DNA of 64,000 bases from Fimicolochytrium jonesii. Its lineage: Eukaryota. Each line of letters opens with the position of its first letter. Within the stretch, counting starts at the first letter, position 1. The DNA lies in the NCBI RefSeq assembly GCF_025526975.1, contig NW_026515669.1:1116001-1180000 (forward strand). The letters run 5' to 3'. Shown here one piece after another: positions 14,801 to 27,399 of this stretch. The position numbers and the translations under genes are program-made. A model generated the notes under the pieces. It was not told where the DNA came from. It did not search any database and was given only the letters and a program-made list of their open reading frames with translations.

Positions 14801-15404
14801 ACAGTCTGGCGCTTTGGTCCTGGCCAATGTTTGCAATTTGGATGGCGTTCAGTCCGCTTTTGTTTTGATTGCCCGTGCCGTAGATAGGGAACAAAAGAAC
14901 CACACCCAGAATCGAGATGCCGAGGAACAGGCGGAACAGCGATCGCATGAAGAAGATCGCTCCAAAACTATCGGAACCACATCGTTTGATAACTTCGTCG
15001 TCGTTCATGGTTTTGGGCAAGAAAAGCCATTGGAAGGCACCATGCAAAGGCGGAGACTTGTTTCTGTCCGGTGAAGAGGGCAGACGATTGTTAGATTTCG
15101 GGATTGCACGTATCGACGGGGCACCCGCTCTAGATAACACTTTGCGAACTTTTGCTGATTCCATCCATTCGCGCACCGTCCACCCGCCCCGCGTCCCAGA
15201 AAGGAGAACTTACTTTTGGGGGACCAAAGAGCATCTTGGTGCATAAATTTTCGGAAACCTCGTCCTTAAAAATTCAAACGCGAGGTAAAACGCCAGAGCA
15301 GTAGCTCCGGAAATCACGAGTGTGGATATCCAAGCGCCAATGGACAAGTCCTGGAGCTTCTCCGTTGTTTTGTTCACGTCATCCTGGCTTGGCGGGGTCG
15401 ACAT
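11889..15404 (-). CDS. OSCA/TMEM63 (CSC1/DUF221) calcium-permeable stress-gated channel, 5 exons
   Basis: N-terminal TM0 followed by IYAPR; motifs TLLVRDIP, AFVVF, DVLWHNL, LQGVLPT, FVFFNIFLV, FYINY, YQMQYVY; many TM helices; C-terminal QQPPYD repeats. Confidence 0.9.
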
Positions 15405-17526
15405 GGTGACGGGTCACGGCTAGGAAATGGCGACAGGTTGGTATGCGCAAGCGAATGGGCGAGGTCGAGCTGGTGTGTCGAACACCTCACTCTGGAACGA
15501 CAGAGAAAGAGAGAGGGATGATCCCACGAGGCTTTATTTATGTATAAGCTGCTTGGCGGACAAGCGGAGGGAGAGAGCGAAGAGCGGTGGTCCTGTGAAA
15601 GCGAAAGGAAAGGGCCAGACCCGTTTTGCCTCGTAAGGTTTTTTCGTCTCTGCCGGGTCTGGGGGGGGGGGGGGGGGTTTTCTGTCGCCTCTTGAAATCT
15701 TTTATGGAGACGGGTCTCGCGCGCGTTGGAGCTACTCCCGCCACCCCTCATCATGATGACAGCAACTTTTGCGCGTTTCCGCTGCTGCCGAGAGATGAAC
15801 TTGCGCTGCTTGCTAGGGCCTGGATCTGGACATCGAATCCCCGATCCCTTCCTTCTTTCCCTCCTCCTTCTCCCAAAACTCTGAGAAGAATCGCTTGTCA
15901 AAACCGGCACTTTTGTCATGAGATTTCCGTTTACTGTGTTTGAATCCAGGTGCATATACCGATTCCGTGTCAGGAAGGGATATGAATGACGGTGAATGAC
16001 AGTGAGAAAGCCGACGTCATCATGGCTTTCCCCTTGCCAATCCTCGGGAGATCATCTAACAGTTACCAAATAATCATAAGTGAAGCTTAAATGTACCGGA
16101 CCCAAATCAAGCTATAGTATATAATATAAGAAATAATGGAACGAGGTATGTTATAGGTTCATCTGTTGTGCACGAGCCGAAACCAGGATTGAAGAAGGAA
16201 CAGACAGTACCGCCGTGGGCGCGCGCATCGTGACTCATCGATCGATCATTGACGGCATGTGGCTGCAAATGAGGAAAGATTCGTTTTCCACCGGATGGTC
16301 TATAGTCTAGGGTATCACTTGAGGGTCTAAATCCTCCCAACTTAGGACACTCCGCTTCAACGCCTTCGTCCTCTGCAGCGTATTGCGGCAATGAAGTTGA
16401 AGGTAATCTCACTCTGCAAGAGGGTGCGGATCATCCCCCAACCCACCTCAGCTTGACTCCCTTGCTTCTCCACCGTGCCTGATCGCTAATGGACGCGGAG
16501 AGTAGTAGCACGCGGTCGCTGAACGTCAAGGCAGGCGTTGATCGGAACAAAGATCGCAGAAGGCAGGTAACATGCATCACAGTCTAAATGGGCAAGTTGC
16601 GCGCTGATCGAAGAGGCCATAGGTCAGAGGCACCTATGACCACGACCATAAAGGGTTCCCGGGATATCCCATTGCCTGCTAGGTCTCGTCTGAGACTCCA
16701 CTTCAAACCCTCTCATCTGTAACTTGGCAAAAGTGGCCAAGATAGTCGACAAAAGCCCGGACCCATCAAAATTTGGCCATTCATCACATCAGCTGGTCGC
16801 GGATATAGGTAGCGGCAAAGTTGCATGTGCAACTGAGCCATCAACTCGGAGCAATCAACCATCGTCCCAGGCCTTCAAAAAGATCGAAGCTACCACCGTT
16901 GAGGGCCATTTACTTTTACGCCTCCTGCCCTGAACGAGCTGGATCCCACGAGGGCGCGAGATAGGCTCATGCTGCGTCTCACAGTCAAACGTCGTCCAGA
17001 TCCACTCCACCCCGATATTGCGCCTCTGGAATCACCTGCGCAGTTGGTGAAGATGGCACATGCAACACATCAACGTACAGTACGTACTGGTTTGACTCGA
17101 AGGAAATTCTTTATTACGTAGAATGTCATGTACGCCGTATATCAAGACATGTTCTCATCCAAGCCGCCTTTCATTTGGAAATATGTACATGTACAGAACA
17201 CGAACGAATATAGGTCGGCGGCAAGCTCTGAGTTCTGAAAGTCGTGCGCAACCCTGACAGTCGCATGCAAGAGCATCCCGAAGCGTCGGGAAGTTTGATG
17301 ACTGCGAAGGGAGAGTCTCCATCGCTTGTGTGCTGGTGGGGCGGCGATGTAGCCATGTCCAGTGAGGGATGTGTTTTGCACACCTTGTCGGATAGTCGAC
17401 GCTCAGTAACCTTTGCAGCCACCTTCCGTCGAAGCCCGCCCAGACCGTGCTCCGTTCGAGGCGATGTTCGATTACTGAGGAACCCACATCTAAACTGCGT
17501 CCTCCCAAATACGTTGCGAAAGGCCG

Positions 17527-18600
17527 CTACGACGAAGATGACGATGGGATGGGTGGTGCTCCCATGTCCAGCAAGCTCACGCTCCTGGGGAGCTGCGTGA
17601 CGCGAACAAGATCGAATTTATGGCTGGCGACGGCGTAGTCCGCGTACATTGTAACGAAAGCGGCATGCTCCGCTTCCTCGATTTCTGGTGGGTCTGCCCT
17701 CATGATTTCCAACACGCCTCCCCCGTTGTAATTCGCCAGCTCTTGCATCCAAATTTCTTTGGCAACTTCTATATGCATTGCGTTCGCCAAACCTTCCTCC
17801 GCTGGTGGGGAATACCGAAGGGCATGCATAGGGTTGGGCTCACTCCATCTTGGAAGATGCATGGCGACGGCCCCTGAGTACCAATCCACATCGAGCGACA
17901 GGATTGTTTGTGGAAGATACCAAAGCTCTTGAGCGGCGGGGTCTCTGTGAATTGACACTCGAAGTTGATTGAGGAGAGGAAACTCCCGCCAACCGCATTC
18001 GGCGGCTTGCTTGAACATTTGGTGATCCGTGATTGTCACTGACCGTAGCGCATCAAATTGCGGTAGCGGTAGCCAATGGAACGAGCGATCAATCGGCTCA
18101 ACCGCTTTTGCTTCAGAAGCGTAGATCCATACGAGTGCGATATTAAAGGTTTCCGTTGCCGGTGAGACTTTCGAACCACAATGATACAACCGTCCATCAA
18201 GATATCCCATGGTTTCTGAGAACAGCTTCCCATTTCTCCTAGACGTCGAGTGAAAGTGGACTTCCAGGCGCCTCGGCCGGGCGTCCATAACAAGGGACGC
18301 GAGTTTCACACAGTCCGCAGGGCTCCAATATTCGACCTTCACGGACCGGTTCTTGGTTCCCAGCCGAAAGTCAGTTATCCATCGAGAGCGCTCGGGATGC
18401 TTGCGGAGTGATGTGTACAGCGAATTCAGTCCTGGAGGGGTGTGAAGGTGAATGCCGGCGTACAGGGGCTGGAGTAGGGTCTCGTGCCACATTCGGGAGG
18501 CTCGCAGCATTTTGCTGCGTTCCTCTCCGCCGGCATAGTGCAAGATATGGGCTATAAGCTCTAAGGGCAAGGGCCGAGCCTTCCTGTCTTGCGGAGTCAT
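17527..18600 (-). CDS. F-box domain protein (intronless, 357 aa)
   Basis: N-terminal LPLELIAHILHY...LRASRMWHE..LQPLY..I.L is a fungal F-box signature. Confidence 0.75.
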   Translation of the reverse strand: MTPQDRKARPLPLELIAHILHYAGGEERSKMLRASRMWHETLLQPLYAGIHLHTPPGLNSLYTSLRKHPERSRWITDFRLGTKNRSVKVEYWSPADCVKLASLVMDARPRRLEVHFHSTSRRNGKLFSETMGYLDGRLYHCGSKVSPATETFNIALVWIYASEAKAVEPIDRSFHWLPLPQFDALRSVTITDHQMFKQAAECGWREFPLLNQLRVSIHRDPAAQELWYLPQTILSLDVDWYSGAVAMHLPRWSEPNPMHALRYSPPAEEGLANAMHIEVAKEIWMQELANYNGGGVLEIMRADPPEIEEAEHAAFVTMYADYAVASHKFDLVRVTQLPRSVSLLDMGAPPIPSSSSS

Positions 18601-19183
18601 CGTTTGTATTTGTCCAGATGGATCGTGGAGTAGATGATCAAACTAAGTACAGGTGTGACGAGCGACGTAGTCCATCAGCCTTCTCCGTACTGGCGGGGTA
18701 CGCTGCCGGAGGCGGGGCAGGAGCTGACGAGACGGCCAGAGAGAAGGGCAAGCTGTCCAGTGTCGAGAGTGAAGAGTTTGCTCTCTGCTTGTTAAGTCGG
18801 TCGACACCATGCTACGTCTACTGTGCCCTCCCTCTAATTGAAATCAATGTCGGTCATTCAAGTGAATTTGGCGCTTCGGCAGTCGCTGATTTATTTCAAG
18901 AGGGGACACAGCTTTATGTCACTGACTGTGGATTAAAGTTACAAGCTCGGCAATCAAATGATCCAATTGACAGCGACAGGTTTCCGTTCCTCCAAAAGTG
19001 ACCCAATCCGGTCACAGCACAGCACGGCACTTTGCTACATGCAGGTCCATCCACCATTCCTACTTGTTCAGAGTCGGCAGTCTGATATACAGTAAGCGCC
19101 TCGGTCGGGTCTGATAGTTGGCGCTCGTTGCACGCCATTCGACTTGAAGATTTCCAAAACTCTGAAGTCTCTTGCTTGTTCGC

Positions 19184-21492
19184 ATGTCAAAACCTATAAG
19201 CCCCTTGCCACTGGCCAAGCAGCCACTTCCAGAGCAGTTTCTCCGCCGACAATCGACATCACAGCTCACCAAGCTCATCGAAGACAACTCCTCCGCCGGA
19301 TCCTCCATCGCGTCGTCTTCATATCGCCGTGCGTCCCTCGCCGATAACCCAACAGGTTTTGGAGTCCCCCTTTCAAAGACAGCGTCTCGGTCGTCCGTGG
19401 GTGAAGTGAGCCAGAGACGTGCGAGTACACAGGATGCAGCTTCTGAACGCACGCCCCTTCTGGGCGGGGCTTTTATAGTCTCGAAAGCGTCGACCTTGCT
19501 GGATAGAGGGCCTCCAGGGAGTGCGAGCGCGCACGGTCGGCCCACTAACGGAAGTTCGGCCCGACAGCCACACCCGCCGGAGAGACTGCGATCGCAGACT
19601 TCGGTTGACAGCCTAAGTCGACCAGAGAGTCAAATCGATTTTTTCACGTCGGCACCTCCTGTTTTCCTGGACCAACTTTTTGAGCCAGAAGGCGGCGGGT
19701 TGTACTCCTCCGTCGGATCTCTTCATGTTCTCGGCACAGATGCACCGGCGTTCGTGGGTAGCGCCTCCTGGAGGCAGTCCAACCAAATGCGCCCATACGA
19801 TTCAGACACGACGGTCTCCTCTGACGAGTCGCTGGGCGGCGGCAGCTCCGACGATGAGCATGAGATGTACGAGACTAGCAGCGACGAGACATTGAGCGCG
19901 GCTGGGTCCGAGGGAGAAGGGCCGCAACGTGGAGCAGAATGGTTCTACAGACGAAATGAACGGAAGGCTGGATTGACGCGCTCTACGCCAGGGACAATGA
20001 AGGATCTGTCGCTGAAGGATACACCTGATTCACCGCTTGACAACGAGCGAACGTATATGGATTTCTCTCACCTCGACGCGTTGTTCGTAGATCCGGAAGC
20101 GTACCTCCAGTCATCAGCGCTTTCGTTTGAAGGATCCACATTGCCTCCTGTGTGGAAGAAAGATGAGACAGCACTGGCAGACGATGTGTTCGTTCCCGAA
20201 TACGTGTTCTACTCGCCTGCAACGGGTGTCGTTCGCGCAAAAAGGTTTCAAGACTTCGCAGGCGACGACGGCACGTGGTTACGACGGCAGGCCGAGGTCG
20301 GCACATTCTGGATCGATGTGCTCAACCCTACCGCTGAAGAATTGTTCCTCATCTCGAAAGTCTTCAGTATTCATCCGCTCACCATCGACGACATTGCCAA
20401 CGACGACATGCAACGAGAGAAGTGCGACGCGTACCCGGATTACCTAGCTCTCACTATCCGTGTCATTGACACGCACAACTTTGATACGTCGGAAGAACTG
20501 AGTCCTGCGTTGCTATGGATCTTGATATACCCCCATTGCATCCTGACGTTTCATATGCAGCCTTTGTCGCATGTTTCGAAAACGATCCAGAGACTGGCTA
20601 AGCTGCATAACTTGACGGAGAAAAAGCTGAAGCTTCAGGTTGGAACGGAGTTCCAGACCGCGTGGATCGGTTATTTGGTAAGGACATCGGCTCGTTGCGC
20701 GCTTCGGAAACGACGCAATGTATTAGAAGCTGTGAAGCGGGCCTCCCATTTCTTTATACGTTCACTTACTAATATATGTACTGATCCCCTCAACAGCTCA
20801 TCGACGAAATCCTCAGCGATCTCAACCCCATAATCCACCACATCAAACGCGAATCCGACGAACTCGACGAACAACTACTCGACGTCTGGGAAGACCAAGT
20901 CGAAAACTTCCGCGACCGCAACATGCTCATCCGCATCCACGAAGCCCGCAAGCAAAACGTCGTCATCCTCCGTCTCATGGTCGACAAGATCAACGTCCTC
21001 AAAGGCGTCATCAAAAAGGGATCTAGAGGCGTCGGACGCGGCAAGTTGCTGGGGAACGAATTGGAACTGTATTTTGATAGCCTGCTGGACCGCGCGCAGG
21101 CCGTCGCGCAGCAGCTGAAGACGTTTGAGGAGGCGTTGACGAGGATTCATTCGGAGTATTTGGAGGAGATTAGTTTGTGTTTGAATGCGGCGTCGAAAAC
21201 TGCCGGGGATTTAACGAGGAAGATGACGGCTGTTGTTACGTTGTTGATTCCTGTTGGTGCTATTACGGGGATGATGGGGTATGTAGCGTGCAAGGCGAGG
21301 CTGTACTTACGTATCTTCCGCGTTAACCGTCCTTTCGTCCACAGCATTAACGTCACCGTCCCAGGACACCACCGGGACGACGGAGACGGCGACACAACAG
21401 CCTTCTGGTTCGCCACCGTGTTCATGCTTAGCCTTATCGTCAGCGGATACCACTTCGCCCGCAAGTGGCATTGGTTCTCGGATCCGACCTGA
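19184..21492 (+). CDS. CorA/ALR1/MNR2-family divalent metal transporter (GIN variant); introns ~20678-20796 and 21279-21344
   Basis: FWIDVLNPT, FSIHPLTIDDI, REKCD and ILTFH motifs, a long stalk helix, and two C-terminal TMs with ITGMMGINVTVPG. Confidence 0.9.
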
Positions 21493-22300
21493 GGGTTCCC
21501 AGGCTGGAATATGAACGCGAGTACGGCGCCTGTCATATTGAGGGCGAACGGTGCGGAGGAAAGTCGGCGCAAGGGAAATATCCTTTTTTGGAAAATGTCC
21601 AGCCTTCTGGGACCTCGCTTGCGTTTGCCATCCCTCTCGAGAACTCGTCCGAACGACATGCTGCCGCCGCATCAACATCGGAAAACCACTTATCGCTATG
21701 CCCACCGTGATGATGGATTGGCCGATTACCGCGGCGTTGTCTCGCCAAATGAGATACGGTCATCGTCCCAGCTGTGATTTGAGGGCTACGGTTTGGCGGC
21801 ACATCGCCATTGCCTCCATCCATGGCCAGTCCGTTGATTGGTCGACAGGGATGGTGGTGTCGTGGATTGAGGTTATGGTCGTCCAGCTTCTCATAAGGAC
21901 GACCTCAGATCTCCACTAGTCTGCGACGTTGGCGCACGCACAAGCCGACCGTTGTAGATATGTATATACCCATTGGCGCAATATCGCGCAAAAGTGACGG
22001 ATTCAAGCTCCGACGGCGGAGCGGCTTAAGCCAAAGCGGTATGAAAGCCCAGTGATACCCAAGGGAAAGATAATTGTGAAGATACGATGGAAAGCATAAA
22101 ATGTGCGATCATGAGGGACTGTAATATTGTAAATACTGTATATTCGCGAAATTGGAGAAATAAAAGAGTATATGGTTTGTAAATGTGGACAGTGGTGGTA
22201 GTACAATCGGATGGAAGCAAACGTGTGTAGGACAATAAAGGTGAGGAAGTGTTTTCCCCGACCTGGAGTAAAAAATTTGTGTCAGCGAGACAGGGCGAGG

Positions 22301-22978
22301 TTACTCGGTCGGGCTCCTGAAAGCCAGCGCGAAGATGACAATCGAGATCGCAAACGTGAGCACGCCAAAGCCGAGGGGCACGTAAGGGTGGCGGGTGAAA
22401 GTGACGGCGAGGACGTGGACGACGGAAATGACCATGAACAGCCATTGCAGGCCTGCGGTGGCTTTGCTGGTGTTGAAGAGCAGTTCGGCGACGAGGACGG
22501 CGTTGGCGAGGGCGAGGATGAAGGTCATGCGGGCTACGCGTTCGGCGTTCTCGGCGCCGACGAACTGGGAAAGAAGAAAGATGTTTGTCTTTCGTCTACT
22601 TCGAAACAAACGAACCAGCATCACATGCGTTACTCACACTAACAGCACTAGCAAACCTGCCCTTGTGCGAGCCTGCGGTCGGAATCGTCCCGTCCGCATT
22701 GGTCGGGCTCGTCACGGCACCATCTCCCGGCAAGTGCTTCTTGACACGCACGACGTATGCGAACGTCCATGCCAGCGCCCATAGGATGAGGTGGATGAAG
22801 ACTACCGCATACATCTGCTTGCGATAGTCGTAGTCGACCGGGTCATCGCGAGGATGCAATGAGGGGGATGCGGCGATGTACCTGTTGTTCCAATGAGTGG
22901 GTTCGTAGGAAGATTAATGTTAGTTTTTTCCGGCCTGTTAGTAGGGAACATCAACTCGCATATCAACACAACATACAT
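22301..22978 (-). CDS. Hypothetical small multi-pass membrane protein (~170 aa, 3 exons)
   Basis: Spliced frame MYIAASPSLHPRDDPVDYDYRKQMYAVVFIHLILWALAWTF...|FVGAENAERVARMTFILALANAVL...FALAFRSPTE* with about 4 hydrophobic helices and canonical splice sites. Confidence 0.65.
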
Positions 22979-23654
22979 CTTTGCTTGATGGAAGATGGAG
23001 GGAACTGATGCAAAAGTTTCGGTTCGGATGCAAGGCAGATGCAGGATGGCTTCCGGAGTTCCCTGGCGCTATGTGCGTACGAAGATACCGAATACAACAG
23101 TAGGGCAGAAGGCTTCCAGCGCCGTATAGAATATGCGAAAGATATACGAGTAGAACTAGAAGGGTTTCGTGGGTGACAAGGCGGGGTGTTGAGAGTTGAG
23201 ATTATAAAGAGAGTTCCGAACGATCCATCTGCGGTGATGGCATCGGGCCCGGGCAGGAACACATGCAAAAGGAAAGGGATCGTCATTCCCATACGAACGG
23301 TGGCCCTCGTGACGCCAACATTTGCGAAGTCTTTTCGCCTGCGTAGCTTTCGGGGAGATAACTCCGCTGAAGTCCGTCGAAGGATAAGCTTGAGCGAATT
23401 CCGTGTCGTTCAGATCGGCGGGCCTTGGGTGTTCGTGCGCGCTGTCGAATTCGTTTCTTCATTTAAAACCTATCAGCTTGAGCACACTGAGCACGTGCGA
23501 CCCAGGTGAGATTATTTAAAACGCAAGCAAGTCTGATATCGCACGGCTCAAACCGGCCAACACCACAGCAGACAATCGACCATTCCGCTTCCTCCCCTCG
23601 CTTGCCTCGACCTCATCTTTCCGCACATCCACCTCACACCGCAGCTTCGCAAGC

Positions 23655-24654
23655 ATGTTCGCATCACGCCGTCTCGCAGTCTCGGCCGCGCGCACATCTC
23701 CCGTCCGTGCCGCTTTCGCACGCCAACAATCCACCGCCGCCGCTATCACCCCCGCCGCTCTGTCGCAAATCGAGACGTGAGTATTTTTGGAACCATTCCT
23801 GGGAAAGGAGAGATATGGCCGTTTCTCGCTTTCGTCGCTTTGAAAATATAGAAGGAGTCTTGGGGAAGAAGGACGCTCTGGGCTGGGATGTAGCACATTG
23901 GCGTGCACGCAACTCGTGGGAAGACGTAGGGAATTCACGTTCTCTCCGGATGCACGCTGGGCTTCGAGGAAGAGCGGAAGGAACCTTGGATAGACGCTGG
24001 CCGGTTTCCTCGACCTTTTCCAGGATAAAACCCGCAGATGCCTTGAACGATCGGTGATTAACTGATTCCCTTTTTGATTGCAGACGATGGGCAAAACTCC
24101 CAGAATGCGAACAGGGTGCGATAGCCGACTTCCTCGCTGAGAAGCAAAAGGGCGACTGGAAGAAGTTGACCCTTGAAGAGAAGCGTGCTGGTGGGTGTCT
24201 CATCGTCGCCCAGTGCCGTTTCCGATGCTAGACCGGCCGAATGGTTCCTAACCTTTGATTGCGGCATATCCTTTAGCTTACTTCATCGCATACGGTCCTT
24301 ACGGCGCGAGGTCTCCTCATGACCCCGCCATGAAGTGGAAGGTTCTTCTCTGGTCTAGCACTTTCGTTGGTGTTTCACTTGGAATGTGGTTCTACTGGAC
24401 CAAGGAAGGTATGTTAACAGGACGAAAATGAGGGGCTGCACGTTGTCCTCAGGGCAACCGAGACTCTTTGTTGGCATTTCCACTTTCGTTCATGGCAACT
24501 CACACAACTTCACTCCGCAGTTGTCCCCGAACTCCGCACGCACAGCCCCGAATGGAAGGCCGAGGAGGAGCGTCGCGCCATCGAGAACAAGCAGAACCCT
24601 TACACGGGTACCTACGCGCAGTACCGCCACGCCATCGACGGAAAGTCTCACTAG
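23655..24654 (+). CDS. COX5: Cytochrome c oxidase subunit IV family (fungal Cox5), 4 exons
   Basis: Mitochondrial presequence MFASRRLAVSAAR, then IETRWAKLP...KQKGDWKKLTLEEKRAAYFIAYGP...TM...PEWKAEEERRAIENKQNPYTG. Confidence 0.92.
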
Positions 24655-25520
24655 ATGCAACCAAAAAAGTCGTTCCCCAAATTCCCATGACTTTTTTAAT
24701 TATTACCAATGCCGAATTGAAAGAAATCGAACAAAACACAAATCTCGGCGGAGTAGTGATTGCTTGGAAGTGCCTGGTTTCGTTGCGGTGTTCAGATTTT
24801 TCGCATTGTGGATTTACCTTCCCCCTGGCTCCATGATTAAAGTTTGCGATGCCGGGCGTGGATTACCGTTCAGCGGGAGGTTTCGTCCCTTTGCGCTGCG
24901 CCTGATGATCTGACAGCTTTTCACGGTGGAGGTATGCACGTCTGTACGTGAGTGATTGAACCGTTCCGTAACCCGACATGCTGGACAGTGGGAGACTTTT
25001 GTTTCCCTTGAACCTCGATCGCAGTCGCCCATCGGACGTTTAATGTGTTCCGCTGCCCCAAGCTTGGGCGGATCTAAAGTGAGCAAAACGCTATAGCTTT
25101 TCGGACTCGAGCAGCGTCAAATGCCGTGCACTTCATCTGACTGATGGATCGAGTCTCTCCATGGTAAAAGAGTGTGCTTCATAGAGGCGTCAGGTACAGG
25201 CAGCGATTTGCAATAACGCGCTGGACGACTCTTCCGTCGTGCCAGAGAGCAAAAATCTCGGTGCTTCATCTCAGAATGCGTCTCAGTCCCGAAAAAGCGC
25301 AGCTCACAAACGTATGGATAAATAGCCCATCATCGCAGGACTGCACATCTCGAGTTCCGAATGTTTTGATTAGGAATATAGACACGTACTATGTACAGAT
25401 GAGGCAGGACGAGATCATCTACGAAACCTATATAGTTTGTACTGCACAAACATGTAGCATGCGGATGCGAAGCCCCATATCGCACACCAGTCCTCCGACC
25501 TGCAGTGGGTTTGATACCAC

Positions 25521-25994
25521 TCAAAAACCACCAATACTCGCTCCACAGCAGAGCCCACAGCATCCCAAAAATACCACGCAGCAATCTTTAAAACACATAT
25601 TAAGCTCCCATGAAGTACATGCCCCACGTTCGCAACAGCAGAGAAAGCAGCCGCAGCAGTCGCAGCGGCAGTCCTCGTCCCGGTCGCTGTTCTGTGATTT
25701 GAGGTCGGTGTCGTTTGGAGAGACGATCGGGGCTGCTGTGAAGGGATATGGATGCTGGCCGGGAGGATATATCGCCGTGGGCGGGTATTGCGCCTGTCGG
25801 TGAGGCTTCGTCGCCAGCGACGTTGAGGATCTGGAAAAGTGAGACTTGTAGGGAGGCGGTGGGCTTTGCGGGTGTGAGAGTTGCGGGGCCGCTATTTCTG
25901 TTGGTTGGTTATACATATACGGTTCCGGAAAATGCGTTCTTGAAGTGTGTGCTGGAAGACCCTGTTGCCAATGCCTCGTATCTGGTGATTCCAT
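25521..25994 (-). CDS. Pro/Gln/Tyr-rich protein with cysteine-rich C-terminal tail (CYSTM-like)
   Basis: PPPPY and YPP-rich N-terminus followed by CRCDCCGCFLCCC...CCVVFLGCCGLCC. Confidence 0.55.
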   Translation of the reverse strand: MESPDTRHWQQGLPAHTSRTHFPEPYMYNQPTEIAAPQLSHPQSPPPPYKSHFSRSSTSLATKPHRQAQYPPTAIYPPGQHPYPFTAAPIVSPNDTDLKSQNSDRDEDCRCDCCGCFLCCCERGACTSWELNMCFKDCCVVFLGCCGLCCGASIGGF

Positions 25995-26421
25995 TTCGAC
26001 GAATGCTCCGAACTTGCCGATGACCGCTAATGCTGCTTGCTCTCGGACAACGCCAATACTGATGCTTGCTCTCTAGCGGTCAAGACTCGGCTCCCCCAAC
26101 GAACCCCCGCTTTATAGGAGCCACGGCCCGCTTTACAGCGGCCGTCTCCGTACACGCCTCCCGTATCCAGTGTATGCTTACCTCCGATGACTGGCCACCA
26201 CCAGACTGAACTATTGGCTTCTACAGAGCCTCAGAGTGAGTGGGTTTATTTGAAGTTGTGCTCCACCGCAGCGGGGCTGTGGAGAACCGCGCCCGTCGTT
26301 GACCGCTGTCAATCACACAGACTCTAAAGATGCTTCGATTTCGTGGACTTCTAGTTTGAACTTCACTTCGCAGAATCTGCAGCAACAACCGGACAGCACT
26401 CACTAAAGGCCAACAGACGGA

Positions 26422-27399
26422 ATGGCTCCTACGACGGTCGCCAGCGGCATAGCAAAGTCTCTACTACTGCGGCGGCCAGTGTCCAACTGCATTTTTGCCC
26501 GCAATCGTGCTTCTATCACTACCGCTGCTTCGCTTCCAACCCGCTCCATGACAGCACAATCGTGCCCTTGATGGCAACCGGCGGCACAACGAACCCTCCC
26601 ACATATACAGCTGGTCGGAGGGTCAGGGGTACGGAGGAAGATGAGGGAAAGAGATAGGGCTGGGGGCAGAATATCATGAGGTATGCTCTACGGGTCCGCG
26701 ACGGTTGAAAGGAAAGCATCCCGCCATTGGCATCATTGTTCGGCCCCAGTAGACTCTGCGAGGTGGACAGACGACGTTTCACGGGCCAGGGCAACTCGTT
26801 GGCTATTCCATACTCGATCTGCGGAGCTTTGAAGTGAGATCAATGACGGGGATTCTCCGTCGCACTCTTCTGCTGATGTCCTACCTAGCTAGGAGACAGG
26901 ACATATGTCTCAACCCTCGAAAGCATGTTCATTCGCCTCTGCTCAGACCGCAACATCACAGCCCGAACTTCTAATGACACAGGCGTGTGGGTCTCTGAAC
27001 CAAAACGCAACGATGAGCAGAGATTTGCAGCTTTGGGGATAAAAGTCCGCCGGCGCATCACTAGTCACGGATTTGCATTGAACTGCAACACCGATTTGGA
27101 GTGGTACGAGTACATTGTGCCTTGTGGTTTGCCTGGGAAAGGTGCGACATCAGTGTCGGTTGAGACTGCGAGAGACAAGCGTTCCTTGTGATGCTGCCAG
27201 CTGTTTGGAGATCAACATCTTTCATCCCAATGCTTACAAACGTCCTTCACACTATGTAGATGTGACAACCGCGGAGGTGGTACCACACGCCCTCCGAGCT
27301 GTGAGCAAACCGTTCGATGCTACCGTGGCAGCTCTAGCTGAGGTCTCGCCAGAATTTGACTTTCATATTGATAGACTGCTTGCGGCAGCGACTACATGA
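26422..27399 (+). pseudogene. LIP2: Decayed octanoyl/lipoyl transferase (LipB/Lip2) gene retaining introns
   Basis: Fragments PPTYTAGRR, RGGQTTFHGPGQLVGY, TGVWV, ITSHGFALNCNTDL and IVPCGL. In-frame stops at 26569-26571 and 26655-26657, a frameshift, a missing N-terminal segment, and the conserved Lys replaced by Arg (27021-27023). Confidence 0.8.

Noticed and set aside
15661..15677. G17 homopolymer upstream of the OSCA gene
   Set aside because: A simple homopolymer whose length is assembly-sensitive, with no evidence of function.
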